Origin: a bacterium
GTDB lineage: Bacteria; Zhuqueibacterota; QNDG01; DSAB01
Assembly: GCA_016931965.1 (NCBI GenBank)
Contig: JAFGDT010000079.1
Location: forward strand, 16,694 to 80,693
Length of the DNA: 64,000 nucleotides
Direction of reading: 5' to 3'
A model generated the notes under the pieces. It saw nothing but the letters and a program-made list of their open reading frames with translations, did not search any database and was not told where the DNA came from. Each line of letters opens with the position of its first letter. The stretch's first letter is position 1. Of this stretch, positions 21,224-30,849 are shown piece after piece. Both the position numbers and the translations under genes were made by a program.

Positions 21224-22380
21224 TGATGGAATCGGGTTCAGTCATTGAAATTTCAAAATCTCTCGAACAAAGAATTGCCAGAGAATTTCGGAAATCTTTT
21301 TTTCAGGATTGGGATAAACAATTTATCACGATTCTTTTTTTCTCCCTGCTGATTGAGATTGTGGTTGTTGTTTATCTCTCCCGGCGGCCTGTACCTGAAT
21401 ATAGCGAGAAAGAAATTGCACGTATTCAGGAACGCTTTGCCAATTTTGTTCTCGGCGAGACAACTGCTCCTACGGAAGAGGCCGTCGTCTCTTCTTCAGA
21501 AACGGTGGGGACAGTTGGTGCTGAGGGTGTCGCAAGTGGTACCGTTTCTGGAGAAGGAGGAAGTGGAACCGGATCTGGATCGGGGGGAGGGGGAGAAGGC
21601 AGTGGTGGGGGTGAAGGAGCTGGAACTGGAACGGGTGGAGGAGTAGGTCTTGCAACGAGTTCGTCTGCTATAGAAGCCAGACGTCAATCGAGAGAGGCCA
21701 TTTCAAGAGAAGTTAGCAATAAAGGTCTTTTAGGACTGTTAACGGGAAGTGGAACTGCGGTTGAAGGAGAAGCTGTATCGAGTCTGTTTAGTGGACCGGG
21801 AGGGGGTGTTGGTGTGGGGGATGATTTGGATCAGGTACTCGCATCGGCAAGCGGATTAAAAACACAGGGTGCATCGGGTTTGGGAAGTGGAGGAGGGGGC
21901 GGTGGTTCGGGTGGAGATGGTGGTGGTGGTGGGGGTGAAATAAGAGGAGGAAGATCGGGCGATCAGGCCACAATAGACGATTTGGTTTCAGATCTGGGCA
22001 CAGTCAGTTCTCAGTCTCTTACGCGAAGGGGCGAAATTCAGGTGGAAGCACCGGCTGAAGTGGAGGGTGAAGGAAGAAGAAGTGCTTATCGTAGCCTTGA
22101 GGCTATATCTGAAGTTATGTACTCCCATTTATCAGCAATTACCTATTGTTATGAGAGAGAATTGAGAAAGATACCCGATTTGAAGGGAAAAATCTCTATC
22201 CGTATAACCGTCAGTCCGAATGGAAGTGTAAAAAGTGCTGATATTGTCTCATCAACAATGAACAATGAGAGTGCCGAACGCTGCATCTTAGCGCGTATCC
22301 GCCTATGGGATGATTTTCCGCCGATAGATGACAGTGAAGGTGATGTGACATTTATTCAACCCTATATATTTGGATATTGA
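21223..22380 (+). CDS. TonB-like protein with AgmX/PglI C-terminal domain (GltG-like) and Gly-rich linkers
   Basis: Single TM, two Gly/Ser-rich tracts, and C-terminal ITYCYERELRKIPDLKGKISIRITVSPNGSV...CILARI..WDDFP with a Cys pair. Confidence 0.85.
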   Translation: MMESGSVIEISKSLEQRIAREFRKSFFQDWDKQFITILFFSLLIEIVVVVYLSRRPVPEYSEKEIARIQERFANFVLGETTAPTEEAVVSSSETVGTVGAEGVASGTVSGEGGSGTGSGSGGGGEGSGGGEGAGTGTGGGVGLATSSSAIEARRQSREAISREVSNKGLLGLLTGSGTAVEGEAVSSLFSGPGGGVGVGDDLDQVLASASGLKTQGASGLGSGGGGGGSGGDGGGGGGEIRGGRSGDQATIDDLVSDLGTVSSQSLTRRGEIQVEAPAEVEGEGRRSAYRSLEAISEVMYSHLSAITYCYERELRKIPDLKGKISIRITVSPNGSVKSADIVSSTMNNESAERCILARIRLWDDFPPIDDSEGDVTFIQPYIFGY

Positions 22381-22414
22381 TTCCTTTCCCAAAATTTCAC
22401 AATAAAGGATTGAT

Positions 22415-22441
22415 ACCACCACATATTTTTGGTGGTTTTTT
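22415..22441 (+). terminator. Probable intrinsic terminator after the Agl-Glt-like cluster
   Basis: ACCACCA-CATATTTT-TGGTGGT stem-loop followed by a T-run. Confidence 0.65.
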
Positions 22442-22544
22442 AATGGATAAGATGATCAACGAATCAATGATTATTTTTGAGTATTGCATCTCATCCTTGG
22501 GAATTGTATCTTTGATGCATCTCTGAAAATGGTCGTGTATAGGC

Positions 22545-24344
22545 ATGAAGGAGTTCAAATTGGAAAATGAAGAGAGATGGAAAAGAACACATCGTTGTGG
22601 TGATTTAACGAAAAAGAACAAGGATCAACAGATCACTCTGGTCGGTTGGGTAGCCAGCCAGAGAGATCATGGCGGTGTGATTTTTATCGATCTTCGTGAC
22701 AGATGGGGAATCACGCAGGTTGTTTTTCATCCTGCTCAAGATGAAAGTCTGATTGATCAGGCAAAAAATTTAAGAATGGAATCGGTCATCGGCATTCAGG
22801 GAAAAGTCGTTCTTCGGCCGGCAAATATGGTTAATAAACTGTTGCCTACAGGTGAAATCGAAGTGACAGTCAGTCGTCTTATTGTGTTTAACGAATCGAA
22901 ACCGCTGCCTTTTATGATTAAAGATCCCTGTGATGCCATCGATGAAACCCGTTTCAAATATCGATATCTCGATCTTCGAAGGCCTCAAATGCAAAAGAAC
23001 CTTTTCCTCCGGCATCGAATGGCTCAAATTGTGCGTCGCTATTTTGATGAAAATGAATTTGTGGAAATCGAAACCCCTTTTCTAATGAAAAGCACACCGG
23101 AAGGTGCTCGGGATTATCTTGTGCCGAGTCGAATCCATCAAGGCCGATTTTATGCATTGCCGCAATCGCCGCAGACCTATAAACAAATTTTGATGGTCTC
23201 CGGATTTGATCGCTATTTTCAAATCGTCCGTTGTTTTCGGGATGAGGATCTTCGAGCGGACCGGCAGCCTGAATTTACACAGATCGATGTGGAGATGTCG
23301 TTTGTCGATGAAGGGGATGTCATGGAAGTGATGGAAGGTTTGATGGTACGATTGTTCAAGGATGTCTTGGGCAAATCGATCCACCTTCCATTTTGTCGAA
23401 TCCCTTACAAAGAAGCGATGGAGAAATACGGGACCGATCGTCCAGACATCCGTTTTGGTTTGGAAATAGTGGGCCTGGATGAGATTGTAGCAAACTCCGG
23501 TTTCCACATATTTGATGAAACGATTAATCAAGCAGGGAAAGTCTGTGGGATTCGGTTGCCTGGTGTCGGTCCGTTATCACGAAAACAGGTTGATGAATAT
23601 ACAGCGTTCGTAAAAACTTTTGGAGCAAAGGGGCTTGTTGTTATTCAAATTACAGAAGAAGGCATCCGCTCACCCATTGCAAAATTTGTATCGGATAACA
23701 CACTTCAAAATATCATCATGAAGTTAAAAGGTTCAGTGGGAGATGTTATTTTCATTGTTGCAGCCGAGTCGTCTGTATGTCTCAATGCGCTGGGGAATCT
23801 TCGCGTTCAACTAGCACAAGATTGGAATCTGATCAATCGCAATATTTTTTCTCTGGTCTGGATTGTTAACTTTCCACTTTTCGAATGGAGTGAGGTCGAA
23901 GGACGTTTTATGGCAAGGCATCATCCTTTTACTTCACCAAAGGAAACAGATTTGGATTTCCTTGAATCTGATCCAGAGAAAGTGACCGCAAAAGCATATG
24001 ACCTCGTATTGAATGGTTCTGAGATCGCCGGGGGGAGTATTCGTATTCATCGTCGCTCGTTACAAAAGCGGCTATTTGAAACATTGGGTATTGACCAAGC
24101 CACTGCAGAGAGGAAATTCGGTTTTTTAATGGATGCGCTGGAATATGGCGCACCTCCTCATGGGGGTATTGCATTCGGTTTTGACCGTTTGGTCATGCTT
24201 TTTGCTGGAGAAGAGTCGATTCGAGAAGTGATTGCTTTTCCCAAAACAACGCGTGCTCTTTCCCTTATGGATGGTTCTCCATCCGAAGTAGATCAGGAAC
24301 AACTTAAGGAATTGGGATTGAAGTTGGACCTTAAAGATAAGTAG
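22545..24344 (+). CDS. aspS: Aspartate--tRNA ligase (likely non-discriminating)
   Basis: RTHRCG, RDHGG (His is typical of ND-AspRS), PQSPQ, FRDEDLRADRQPEFTQ and PPHGGIAFGFDR. Confidence 0.98.
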   Translation: MKEFKLENEERWKRTHRCGDLTKKNKDQQITLVGWVASQRDHGGVIFIDLRDRWGITQVVFHPAQDESLIDQAKNLRMESVIGIQGKVVLRPANMVNKLLPTGEIEVTVSRLIVFNESKPLPFMIKDPCDAIDETRFKYRYLDLRRPQMQKNLFLRHRMAQIVRRYFDENEFVEIETPFLMKSTPEGARDYLVPSRIHQGRFYALPQSPQTYKQILMVSGFDRYFQIVRCFRDEDLRADRQPEFTQIDVEMSFVDEGDVMEVMEGLMVRLFKDVLGKSIHLPFCRIPYKEAMEKYGTDRPDIRFGLEIVGLDEIVANSGFHIFDETINQAGKVCGIRLPGVGPLSRKQVDEYTAFVKTFGAKGLVVIQITEEGIRSPIAKFVSDNTLQNIIMKLKGSVGDVIFIVAAESSVCLNALGNLRVQLAQDWNLINRNIFSLVWIVNFPLFEWSEVEGRFMARHHPFTSPKETDLDFLESDPEKVTAKAYDLVLNGSEIAGGSIRIHRRSLQKRLFETLGIDQATAERKFGFLMDALEYGAPPHGGIAFGFDRLVMLFAGEESIREVIAFPKTTRALSLMDGSPSEVDQEQLKELGLKLDLKDK

Positions 24345-24386
24345 AAATTAATATTAGAATATTAAGCCTTTATTCGTATTTTTTTC

Positions 24387-24415
24387 TTGACAATTAGCGT
24401 TTTTTTTGTTATACT
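24387..24415 (+). promoter_or_regulatory. Strong sigma70-type promoter for the lipoprotein-LysM operon
   Basis: TTGACA (24387-92), 17-bp spacer, TGn-TATACT (24410-15). Confidence 0.8.
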
Positions 24416-24467
24416 TTCTCAGTTCGAATCAAGTTATTATCATTAAATGAAAAAGGAGGTGCAGGGA

Positions 24468-24731
24468 ATGGCAAGAGGAGCGAGGAGTCTCATTTATATT
24501 CTGTTTTGTCTTATGTTAATAGCTTCTCTATTGATCGGTGGTTGTTCGCGTTATGCAAATGAAGAACAGATTACAACGTTAGATGAAACAGAAGCGGCCG
24601 CTTTGGCTGCAGAGCAGAAAGTAGCTGAAAAGGAAAAAGAAAAAGCCGAGTTGGAAGCAAAGTTAGCGGAGAAGCAGCAAGAACTGGAATATGTAAAATC
24701 TGAAAAAGCAAAAGTACAATCCCGACTGTAG
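24468..24731 (+). CDS. Small coiled-coil lipoprotein
   Basis: AGGAGG RBS; signal ending LIGG-C (lipobox); mature part of about 62 aa is an Ala/Glu/Lys heptad helix. Confidence 0.8.
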   Translation: MARGARSLIYILFCLMLIASLLIGGCSRYANEEQITTLDETEAAALAAEQKVAEKEKEKAELEAKLAEKQQELEYVKSEKAKVQSRL

Positions 24732-24788
24732 GGATCATTCTTTACTAAACAGTACCGAGAGTATCTTTATAAGTAGGAGGAAAAAAGA

Positions 24789-25643
24789 ATGAAAATAGAA
24801 GGTAAAAAATATTATTTTCTTTTTGTATTGATGGGCTTGCTTCTCGTCGTGAATGCTGTTGCATGGGGTCAGGAAGAGGAAAGGATGAAAATGGATGAAT
24901 ATAAGGCCCAACTTTCTGACGCTCAAATGAGAGAACAAAATGCAAACGCAAGGTTAGCGGAGCTTCAAGCCGAGATCGATGCATTGAATGCGCAAATAGC
25001 CGAAGTCCAAGGGCAAATTGACGATGAATGGGAAGATGTCTATGCTTTACTGGGAACAAATAAGGCAGGTGTAGATGCCTATCGAGCCAATCTGGAATCA
25101 ATTGATAGAGAAATCGATGGATTGGCAGCGCTTTCTCCAGAGGAGCTGTTCCGACGTCAGGATCAAATCGATGAAATTGAGAGCCGGATCGAAGAGGCCA
25201 AGGGAAGCAATATTGCCATTCTCACCGAAATGGAAAATAAATTGGCTGAATTGAACGGCAAACTTACAGCTTTAAAAGCAAAAGTACCTGCCAATATATA
25301 TGATCAATATACTGTTGTAGATGGTGATTACCTCTGGAAAATTTCCAAGAAGGAAGAGATCTATGGTGATCCCATGCAGTGGATGCGGATCTATTCGGTT
25401 AACAAAGATCAAATTAAAGATCCTGATTTGATCTATGCCAATCAGATTTTTAATATTGCCAGAGGCGTAGGGAGAAATGAACACTTGGTCGTTAAAGGAG
25501 AGCACCTCTCAAGTATTTCTGGATATGCAAAAGTATTTAACGATCCAACCAAGTGGACTAAACTCTACGAAGCCAATAAAGATATGATTGACGATCCCAA
25601 TATCATTTATCCATATCAGGTACTGATGATTCCTGCGGAGTAG
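24789..25643 (+). CDS. Secreted coiled-coil protein with two LysM peptidoglycan-binding domains
   Basis: Signal peptide, long coiled coil, YTVVDGDYLWKIS...IKDPDLIY and HLVVKGEHLSSIS...IDDPNIIYP. Confidence 0.9.
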   Translation: MKIEGKKYYFLFVLMGLLLVVNAVAWGQEEERMKMDEYKAQLSDAQMREQNANARLAELQAEIDALNAQIAEVQGQIDDEWEDVYALLGTNKAGVDAYRANLESIDREIDGLAALSPEELFRRQDQIDEIESRIEEAKGSNIAILTEMENKLAELNGKLTALKAKVPANIYDQYTVVDGDYLWKISKKEEIYGDPMQWMRIYSVNKDQIKDPDLIYANQIFNIARGVGRNEHLVVKGEHLSSISGYAKVFNDPTKWTKLYEANKDMIDDPNIIYPYQVLMIPAE

Positions 25644-25723
25644 AGTCCCAGTTAAGCAGACGGTTGGCTTTTTCGTATGGACTCTAATTATTGAATGGCA
25701 ATATAGTTTTTAGGTAATTCTTA

Positions 25724-25769
25724 AAGCTCTCAGTTCCGTTAAACATTGCACGGAACTGGGAGTTTTTTG
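25724..25769 (+). terminator. Intrinsic terminator
   Basis: AAGCTCTCAGTTCCGT / ACGGAACTGGGAGTTT stem (two G-U pairs), 10-nt loop and T-run. Confidence 0.8.
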
Positions 25770-25774
25770 TATTT

Positions 25775-26749
25775 ATGATGGAAAAACGAACAATTTCTCT
25801 CAAAGGCATTGATCAGCTCAAATTACTTGGCATCCACGATGAACATCTGCATCTCATTGAGAGTACATTCAATTCGCAGATTGTCATCCGGGGAGAGGAC
25901 ATTATTCTGTCAGGTAATGCGGCCGATATCCGTATGGTGGAAAGGATTTTTAATGAATTGTTGTTTATTGTGAACCGGAAGGGTCAATTGGATCGACAGG
26001 AAGTGGAGACCATTGTAGAATTGGTACGGACGGATAAAAGAGAGGGATTGGTTGAAGTCGATAAAAACAAGGAAATGATTCTTAATGGAAAGAAGGGGAT
26101 CATTCGCCCAAAAACAAAGGGACAGAAAATATACTATTCGGCAGTCTTACAGAACGACATTGTATTTGTGATCGGTCCGGCTGGAACCGGGAAAACATAT
26201 CTTGCCGTAGCCATGGCTTTGGCACAATTGAGGGACAAACAAATTTCACGTATTGTTCTTGCCCGGCCGGCAATTGAGGCAGGGGAGAGTTTGGGTTTTC
26301 TGCCGGGAGATTTGATGGAGAAGATCGATCCCTACTTGAGACCTCTCACCGATGCACTTTTTGATATCCTTCCATCAGATCAATTGCAGCAATATATTGA
26401 AAGAAAAATCATTGAAATTATTCCTTTAGCCTATATGCGGGGAAGAACGTTGAATGACGCTTTTGTTATCCTGGACGAAGCTCAAAATACTTCTTCCATG
26501 CAGATGAAAATGTTTCTTACACGTCTCGGTGTTCAATCAAAAGCGATTATCACCGGGGATATCACACAGATTGATCTTATCGATGGGACCATGTCCGGAT
26601 TGATACAAATTCAAGAAATTATTAAAAATATTGAAGGAATATCTTTTGTCTATTTGGACAAATCGGATGTGGTGCGACATCGGTTGGTTAAAGAAATTAT
26701 TCAGGCCTATGAGGTCTTTCGTGAAAACCGGGAGTCCCAGGAAAAATAG
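25775..26749 (+). CDS. phoH: PhoH-family ATPase
   Basis: GPAGTGKT, LGFLPGDL, AYMRGRTL and DEAQN. Confidence 0.95.
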   Translation: MMEKRTISLKGIDQLKLLGIHDEHLHLIESTFNSQIVIRGEDIILSGNAADIRMVERIFNELLFIVNRKGQLDRQEVETIVELVRTDKREGLVEVDKNKEMILNGKKGIIRPKTKGQKIYYSAVLQNDIVFVIGPAGTGKTYLAVAMALAQLRDKQISRIVLARPAIEAGESLGFLPGDLMEKIDPYLRPLTDALFDILPSDQLQQYIERKIIEIIPLAYMRGRTLNDAFVILDEAQNTSSMQMKMFLTRLGVQSKAIITGDITQIDLIDGTMSGLIQIQEIIKNIEGISFVYLDKSDVVRHRLVKEIIQAYEVFRENRESQEK

Positions 26750-26761
26750 TCGGTATAAAGG

Positions 26762-29083
26762 ATGAAATTCATGAAGATCATTCATTTATTGTTTGTTTTT
26801 TTTGCACGATTTAAAAATGGATTGGGTCAATTTATATCCACAAAGATGGGTAGCGAACAAAAGTGGCCTCGTTTTTTCATTGGATTTATCCTGCTGATCG
26901 TTTTGGTCAATTTTTTCCCAAGTGGAAAATCACCGCAATTTGCCGATTTACAGGAAGGCAGTATCAGTACCCAGCGCATTATTGCTCCATTTCGATTTGA
27001 AATTCTGAAAACGACGGAAGAGTATGAGAGGGATCGGGAAATTGCTACCCAGAAAGTTTATCCAATTTTTAATAAACTTAACAATCAACTGAGCGAGGTC
27101 AATCAAAATATAGATCTCTTCTTTAATCATATCGAAATGATGAGAAATGATTTAAACAGCAATCGTTCTTTAAAACCAGTGTTAATGGATTCGCTATTAC
27201 GTCAATATCCCATCAGTTTTCCGGATACATATTATTGGGAATTGCTTGTTGATCCTCAAGAAGATTTAAGTCGAAATGAGCTAACTGAATTTAGAGGAAA
27301 TGTAAAAAGAATTGTTCGGGATATCATGACAGTAGGCGTTTTAAATGTAGATAAAGAGCAGCTGTCGAATCCGGATCGGAGGATGGTTGTCATTGAGAAC
27401 AATGAAGAGGTTAATTATCCGATTGATAATTACTATGATTTGCAGGAAACAAGAGACAGATCGGCTGAAATGTTTAAAAATAATTATCCGGAGAACACCT
27501 ATTTCGTCCAAATTGGGTTTGGAATTGTCAATTACTTTCTGCGTCCCAATCTAATTTATGACGAAGCTTTGCATAAACAAAGGATTGATAATGCAGTGGC
27601 AAGGGTTCCTTTGGCAAGTGGTTTTGTCGATGAGGACGAAAAGATTGTAGACCGAAATGAAAGGATTACACCTGAAATAAGAAAAAAGTTGGTATCCCTG
27701 GCCACCGTGATGGCTGAAAAAGGAATGGCCGAGGGAGGTATGCAGCAATTTCTTCCTGTCGTGGGACGTGTTGTTTTTATTTTAATCCTTTTTTTCCTAT
27801 TGGGTGTTTTTATCCATATCGAGCGACCTGAAATCCTGCGAGAGACAAAAGCCATCCTTATCATCGCTCTGATTATTCTTATTGTCAGTCTCATTGCTTT
27901 TCTAATTCATACTTTTTTGCTGCCCAGATTGGATGCTGCGGAGTATCTTGTCCCTTCTGCGCTGGGAGCCATGTTATTGGCCACATTATTCGATGCCAAA
28001 ATCGGATATGTCGGTACGGTTGTCATCAGTGTATTGTTGGGTGGTATATGGGGCAATGAATTTAATCTTGTGGTAATTTCATTTTTTGTCGGTGTCGTAA
28101 GTGTTACTGTGATCAAACGTGTTCAAGGCCGACGTCAATTTGTACAGGTTATTTTATCCCTTATTGGGGCGAATATTGTCGCCATTACGTTTATGGGATT
28201 TTTACGATTTGTGCCTTTTCGAGAAATTGCTTATCAGTGGATTTGGGGAGGAATGAATGGATTGCTCACGCCTATCCTGATGTATGGCCTTTTGCCTCTT
28301 ATTGAATCAACGTTCGACATCACCACAGATTTTTCGTTGTTGGAAATATCGAATTTAAACCATCCTTTGCTTAAGAGACTTTCCGTTCAGGCTCCCGGTA
28401 CATATCATCACTCAATCATCGTAGGGAATCTTGCTGAAGCGGCGGCTCAGGCTATAAATGGCAATTCATTGCTTGCAAGGGTTGGATCATACTATCATGA
28501 TGTGGGTAAGATTGAAAAGGCCGAATATTTTGTTGAAAATCAGATGAGTAAAGAAAATCCCCATAAAAAGCTAATGCCTAGAATGAGTGCTCTCATCCTC
28601 ATGAATCACGTGAAAAGAGGACTTGAGATTGCAGAGAAATATAAACTTCCTTCTTTGATTAAAGATATTATCAACCAACATCAAGGTACAACCATCATGA
28701 CCTATTTTTATCAGAAGGCTTTAGATAAGGATGGTTCTGAAGAGGCCAGTGAAGTGGATTATCGGTATCCAGGACCACGACCACAAACAAAGGAGGCGGC
28801 CATTGTGATGTTGGCAGACGCAGTGGAGGCGGCAACCCGATCACTTAAAGAACCTACGCACAGTCGTTTAAAAGGCATTATCGAAGAAATTGTTGATGGG
28901 CGTTTTCAGGAAGGCGAGTTGGATCAATCTCCATTAACATTAAACAATTTAGAACGTATTAAGGAAAGTTTTTTAAACATATTGGCTGGCACGTTTCATG
29001 CGCGGGTTGAATATCCTGATAAGGATGAACAAGCAAAAACAAAGAAAACAATCAAACAGAAGGAAGAATCCTCTGCAAATTGA
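26762..29083 (+). CDS. 7TM-HD phosphohydrolase (PgpH-like; possible cyclic-di-AMP phosphodiesterase)
   Basis: Extracellular domain and 7 TM; APGTYHHS, YYHDVGK, YPGPRPQTKEAAIVMLADAVEAA; phoH-X-ybeY synteny. Confidence 0.88.
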   Translation: MKFMKIIHLLFVFFARFKNGLGQFISTKMGSEQKWPRFFIGFILLIVLVNFFPSGKSPQFADLQEGSISTQRIIAPFRFEILKTTEEYERDREIATQKVYPIFNKLNNQLSEVNQNIDLFFNHIEMMRNDLNSNRSLKPVLMDSLLRQYPISFPDTYYWELLVDPQEDLSRNELTEFRGNVKRIVRDIMTVGVLNVDKEQLSNPDRRMVVIENNEEVNYPIDNYYDLQETRDRSAEMFKNNYPENTYFVQIGFGIVNYFLRPNLIYDEALHKQRIDNAVARVPLASGFVDEDEKIVDRNERITPEIRKKLVSLATVMAEKGMAEGGMQQFLPVVGRVVFILILFFLLGVFIHIERPEILRETKAILIIALIILIVSLIAFLIHTFLLPRLDAAEYLVPSALGAMLLATLFDAKIGYVGTVVISVLLGGIWGNEFNLVVISFFVGVVSVTVIKRVQGRRQFVQVILSLIGANIVAITFMGFLRFVPFREIAYQWIWGGMNGLLTPILMYGLLPLIESTFDITTDFSLLEISNLNHPLLKRLSVQAPGTYHHSIIVGNLAEAAAQAINGNSLLARVGSYYHDVGKIEKAEYFVENQMSKENPHKKLMPRMSALILMNHVKRGLEIAEKYKLPSLIKDIINQHQGTTIMTYFYQKALDKDGSEEASEVDYRYPGPRPQTKEAAIVMLADAVEAATRSLKEPTHSRLKGIIEEIVDGRFQEGELDQSPLTLNNLERIKESFLNILAGTFHARVEYPDKDEQAKTKKTIKQKEESSAN

Positions 29084-29501
29084 AATCTATCGTTTGGAAG
29101 AGGGGGGAGAAGATTCCTCGTTCGACTTGATTCGTCGCATTGTTCGAAGGATTGTTGATGAAGAAAATAGAAAAGTAAGAGGAGAGCTGTCTATTATATT
29201 AGCAAATGACAAATTGCTCCAAAATCTGAACCGCCGATTTTTAAACCAGGATTGGGCTACAGATGTGATCGCTTTTCCTTTCGGGGAGGAGGAAAAGGGT
29301 CCATGGGGAGAAATTTATATCAGTGAAGAGAGAGCAAAAGATCAGGCCTTGGAATATCATGTGCCCTTTCTTGAGGAATTGTTGCGATTGGTCATTCATG
29401 GTGTACTTCATTTACTGGGTTATCAAGATGGAACCACTGAATCAAGAGACCGGATGGAACGAAGGGAGAATTATTTTTTGCAATATATGAAATGTATATA
29501 A
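29025..29501 (+). CDS. ybeY: rRNA maturation endoribonuclease YbeY
   Basis: LNRRF, TDVIAF, GEIYIS and HGVLHLLGY; start uncertain. Confidence 0.9.
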   Translation: MNKQKQRKQSNRRKNPLQIEIYRLEEGGEDSSFDLIRRIVRRIVDEENRKVRGELSIILANDKLLQNLNRRFLNQDWATDVIAFPFGEEEKGPWGEIYISEERAKDQALEYHVPFLEELLRLVIHGVLHLLGYQDGTTESRDRMERRENYFLQYMKCI

Positions 29502-29535
29502 TCAATGTGTAAGAGAAGGAGATATCAGAAACTAG

Positions 29536-30810
29536 ATGGGATTATATTTTATTTTATTTGTTGTCTTAATTCTATTGTCTGCCTTTTTTTCTGGTTCAGA
29601 AGCAGCCTATTTCTCAATTTCGAAACTGGATAAAAATCACCTTCAGGAACAGGATAACAAATCAGGAAGCGCAATAAGGGTTTTGAAGCTTCTTGATAAA
29701 CCGAAACGACTTTTAATGAGCATACTGATCGGGAATACGATTGTGAATGTCGCAGCGGCAACCATTGCCGCACTTTTTACCCATCGATACCTCAATGTCG
29801 GGATGATGGGAACCGGTAGCGGCATCATTATTGAAATTGGTGTTGTCACAATGGTCATTCTTATTTTCAGTGAGGTCTCTCCAAAAGTATTTGCCGTTCG
29901 ACAGTCGATTCGTTTTGCACAGCTTGTTGCATTGCCTTTAATGGGAGTCGTGAAGATATTTTCACCTTTTTCAAAATTATTTGAAAAGCTGGCCGATCGG
30001 TTGTCTTCTCTCTTCAGGGTTCATGGTGAGGCACCATTTGTTGATCATGATGATTTGATTACATTGTTTAAACTCGGCGAAGAAAAGGGTGCCCTAGATC
30101 AAGATGAGAGGGAAATGATCCATTCTATTTTTGAGTTTCGAGATACGGCGGTGAAAGAAATTATGGTACCCCGGATGGATATGGTTTGTGCGGACAAGAC
30201 GGCATCAATTGAAGAAATTCTCACCCTGGTGAAAGAGAAAGGACACTCTCGAATTCCGATTTACAATGAGACAGTAGACGATATTGTAGGGATTCTATTT
30301 GTCAAAGACTTGCTTCCTTATAAAAAGGATGAAAAAGAAATTCCGGGATTGGCCAGTTTGGTACGTAAAGCCTATTTTGTTCCTGAGAGTAAAATGATTG
30401 ATGAACTGCTCAAGGAATTCCAAAGAGAGCGTATCCATATGGCCATTGTTGTCGATGAGTATGGCGGAACGGCCGGTCTGATCACGCTTGAAGATGTGAT
30501 TGAGGAAATCGTTGGGGAGATTCGCGATGAATATGACAGTGAAAAACCTCTCATTCAGAAGATCAACGATACCAACTGGATAGTGGATGGGAAAATCAAT
30601 ATTGAAGAACTCAATGACACTTTGAATTTAGAAATTCCTTCTGAAGAAGATTATGAAAGCCTGGGTGGATTTATTTTTAGTTTGATGGGACGTATTCCTA
30701 ATGAAAAGGAAGAAATCAAGTACCAAAAATTGAAGTTGGTTATCGAAAAAGTGCTGCGACAGAGAATTAAAAAAGTGCGAATTGTTTTAGAAGATCAAAA
30801 AGATGTCTAA
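29536..30810 (+). CDS. CNNM/DUF21-CBS-CorC domain protein (hemolysin family, Mg2+ transporter-like)
   Basis: SAFFSGSE, ILIGNTIVN, EVSPK, MVPR, HSRIP and VVDEYGGTAGLITLED. Confidence 0.92.
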   Translation: MGLYFILFVVLILLSAFFSGSEAAYFSISKLDKNHLQEQDNKSGSAIRVLKLLDKPKRLLMSILIGNTIVNVAAATIAALFTHRYLNVGMMGTGSGIIIEIGVVTMVILIFSEVSPKVFAVRQSIRFAQLVALPLMGVVKIFSPFSKLFEKLADRLSSLFRVHGEAPFVDHDDLITLFKLGEEKGALDQDEREMIHSIFEFRDTAVKEIMVPRMDMVCADKTASIEEILTLVKEKGHSRIPIYNETVDDIVGILFVKDLLPYKKDEKEIPGLASLVRKAYFVPESKMIDELLKEFQRERIHMAIVVDEYGGTAGLITLEDVIEEIVGEIRDEYDSEKPLIQKINDTNWIVDGKINIEELNDTLNLEIPSEEDYESLGGFIFSLMGRIPNEKEEIKYQKLKLVIEKVLRQRIKKVRIVLEDQKDV

Positions 30811-30849
30811 AGCGATGCCGTGTAGAAGTCCTGATAATATGATGAATTG

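Noticed and set aside
19488-22380. Canonical Tol-Pal or TonB-dependent uptake locus
   Set aside because: No tolB, pal or TonB-dependent receptor; two ExbDs, giant TPRs and an AgmX/PglI C-terminus fit the Agl-Glt core better.
22442-22544. T-box riboswitch upstream of aspS
   Set aside because: The region is too short and no T-box/antiterminator consensus is visible.
28602-28617. Possible parS site (TGAATCACGTGAAAAG)
   Set aside because: Only 12/16 match to TGTTTCACGTGAAACA, poor symmetry, and it lies inside a CDS.
29536-30810. Gliding protein GldE linked to the motor cluster
   Set aside because: It is a generic CNNM/CorC family protein in its usual ybeY context; no other gld genes are present.
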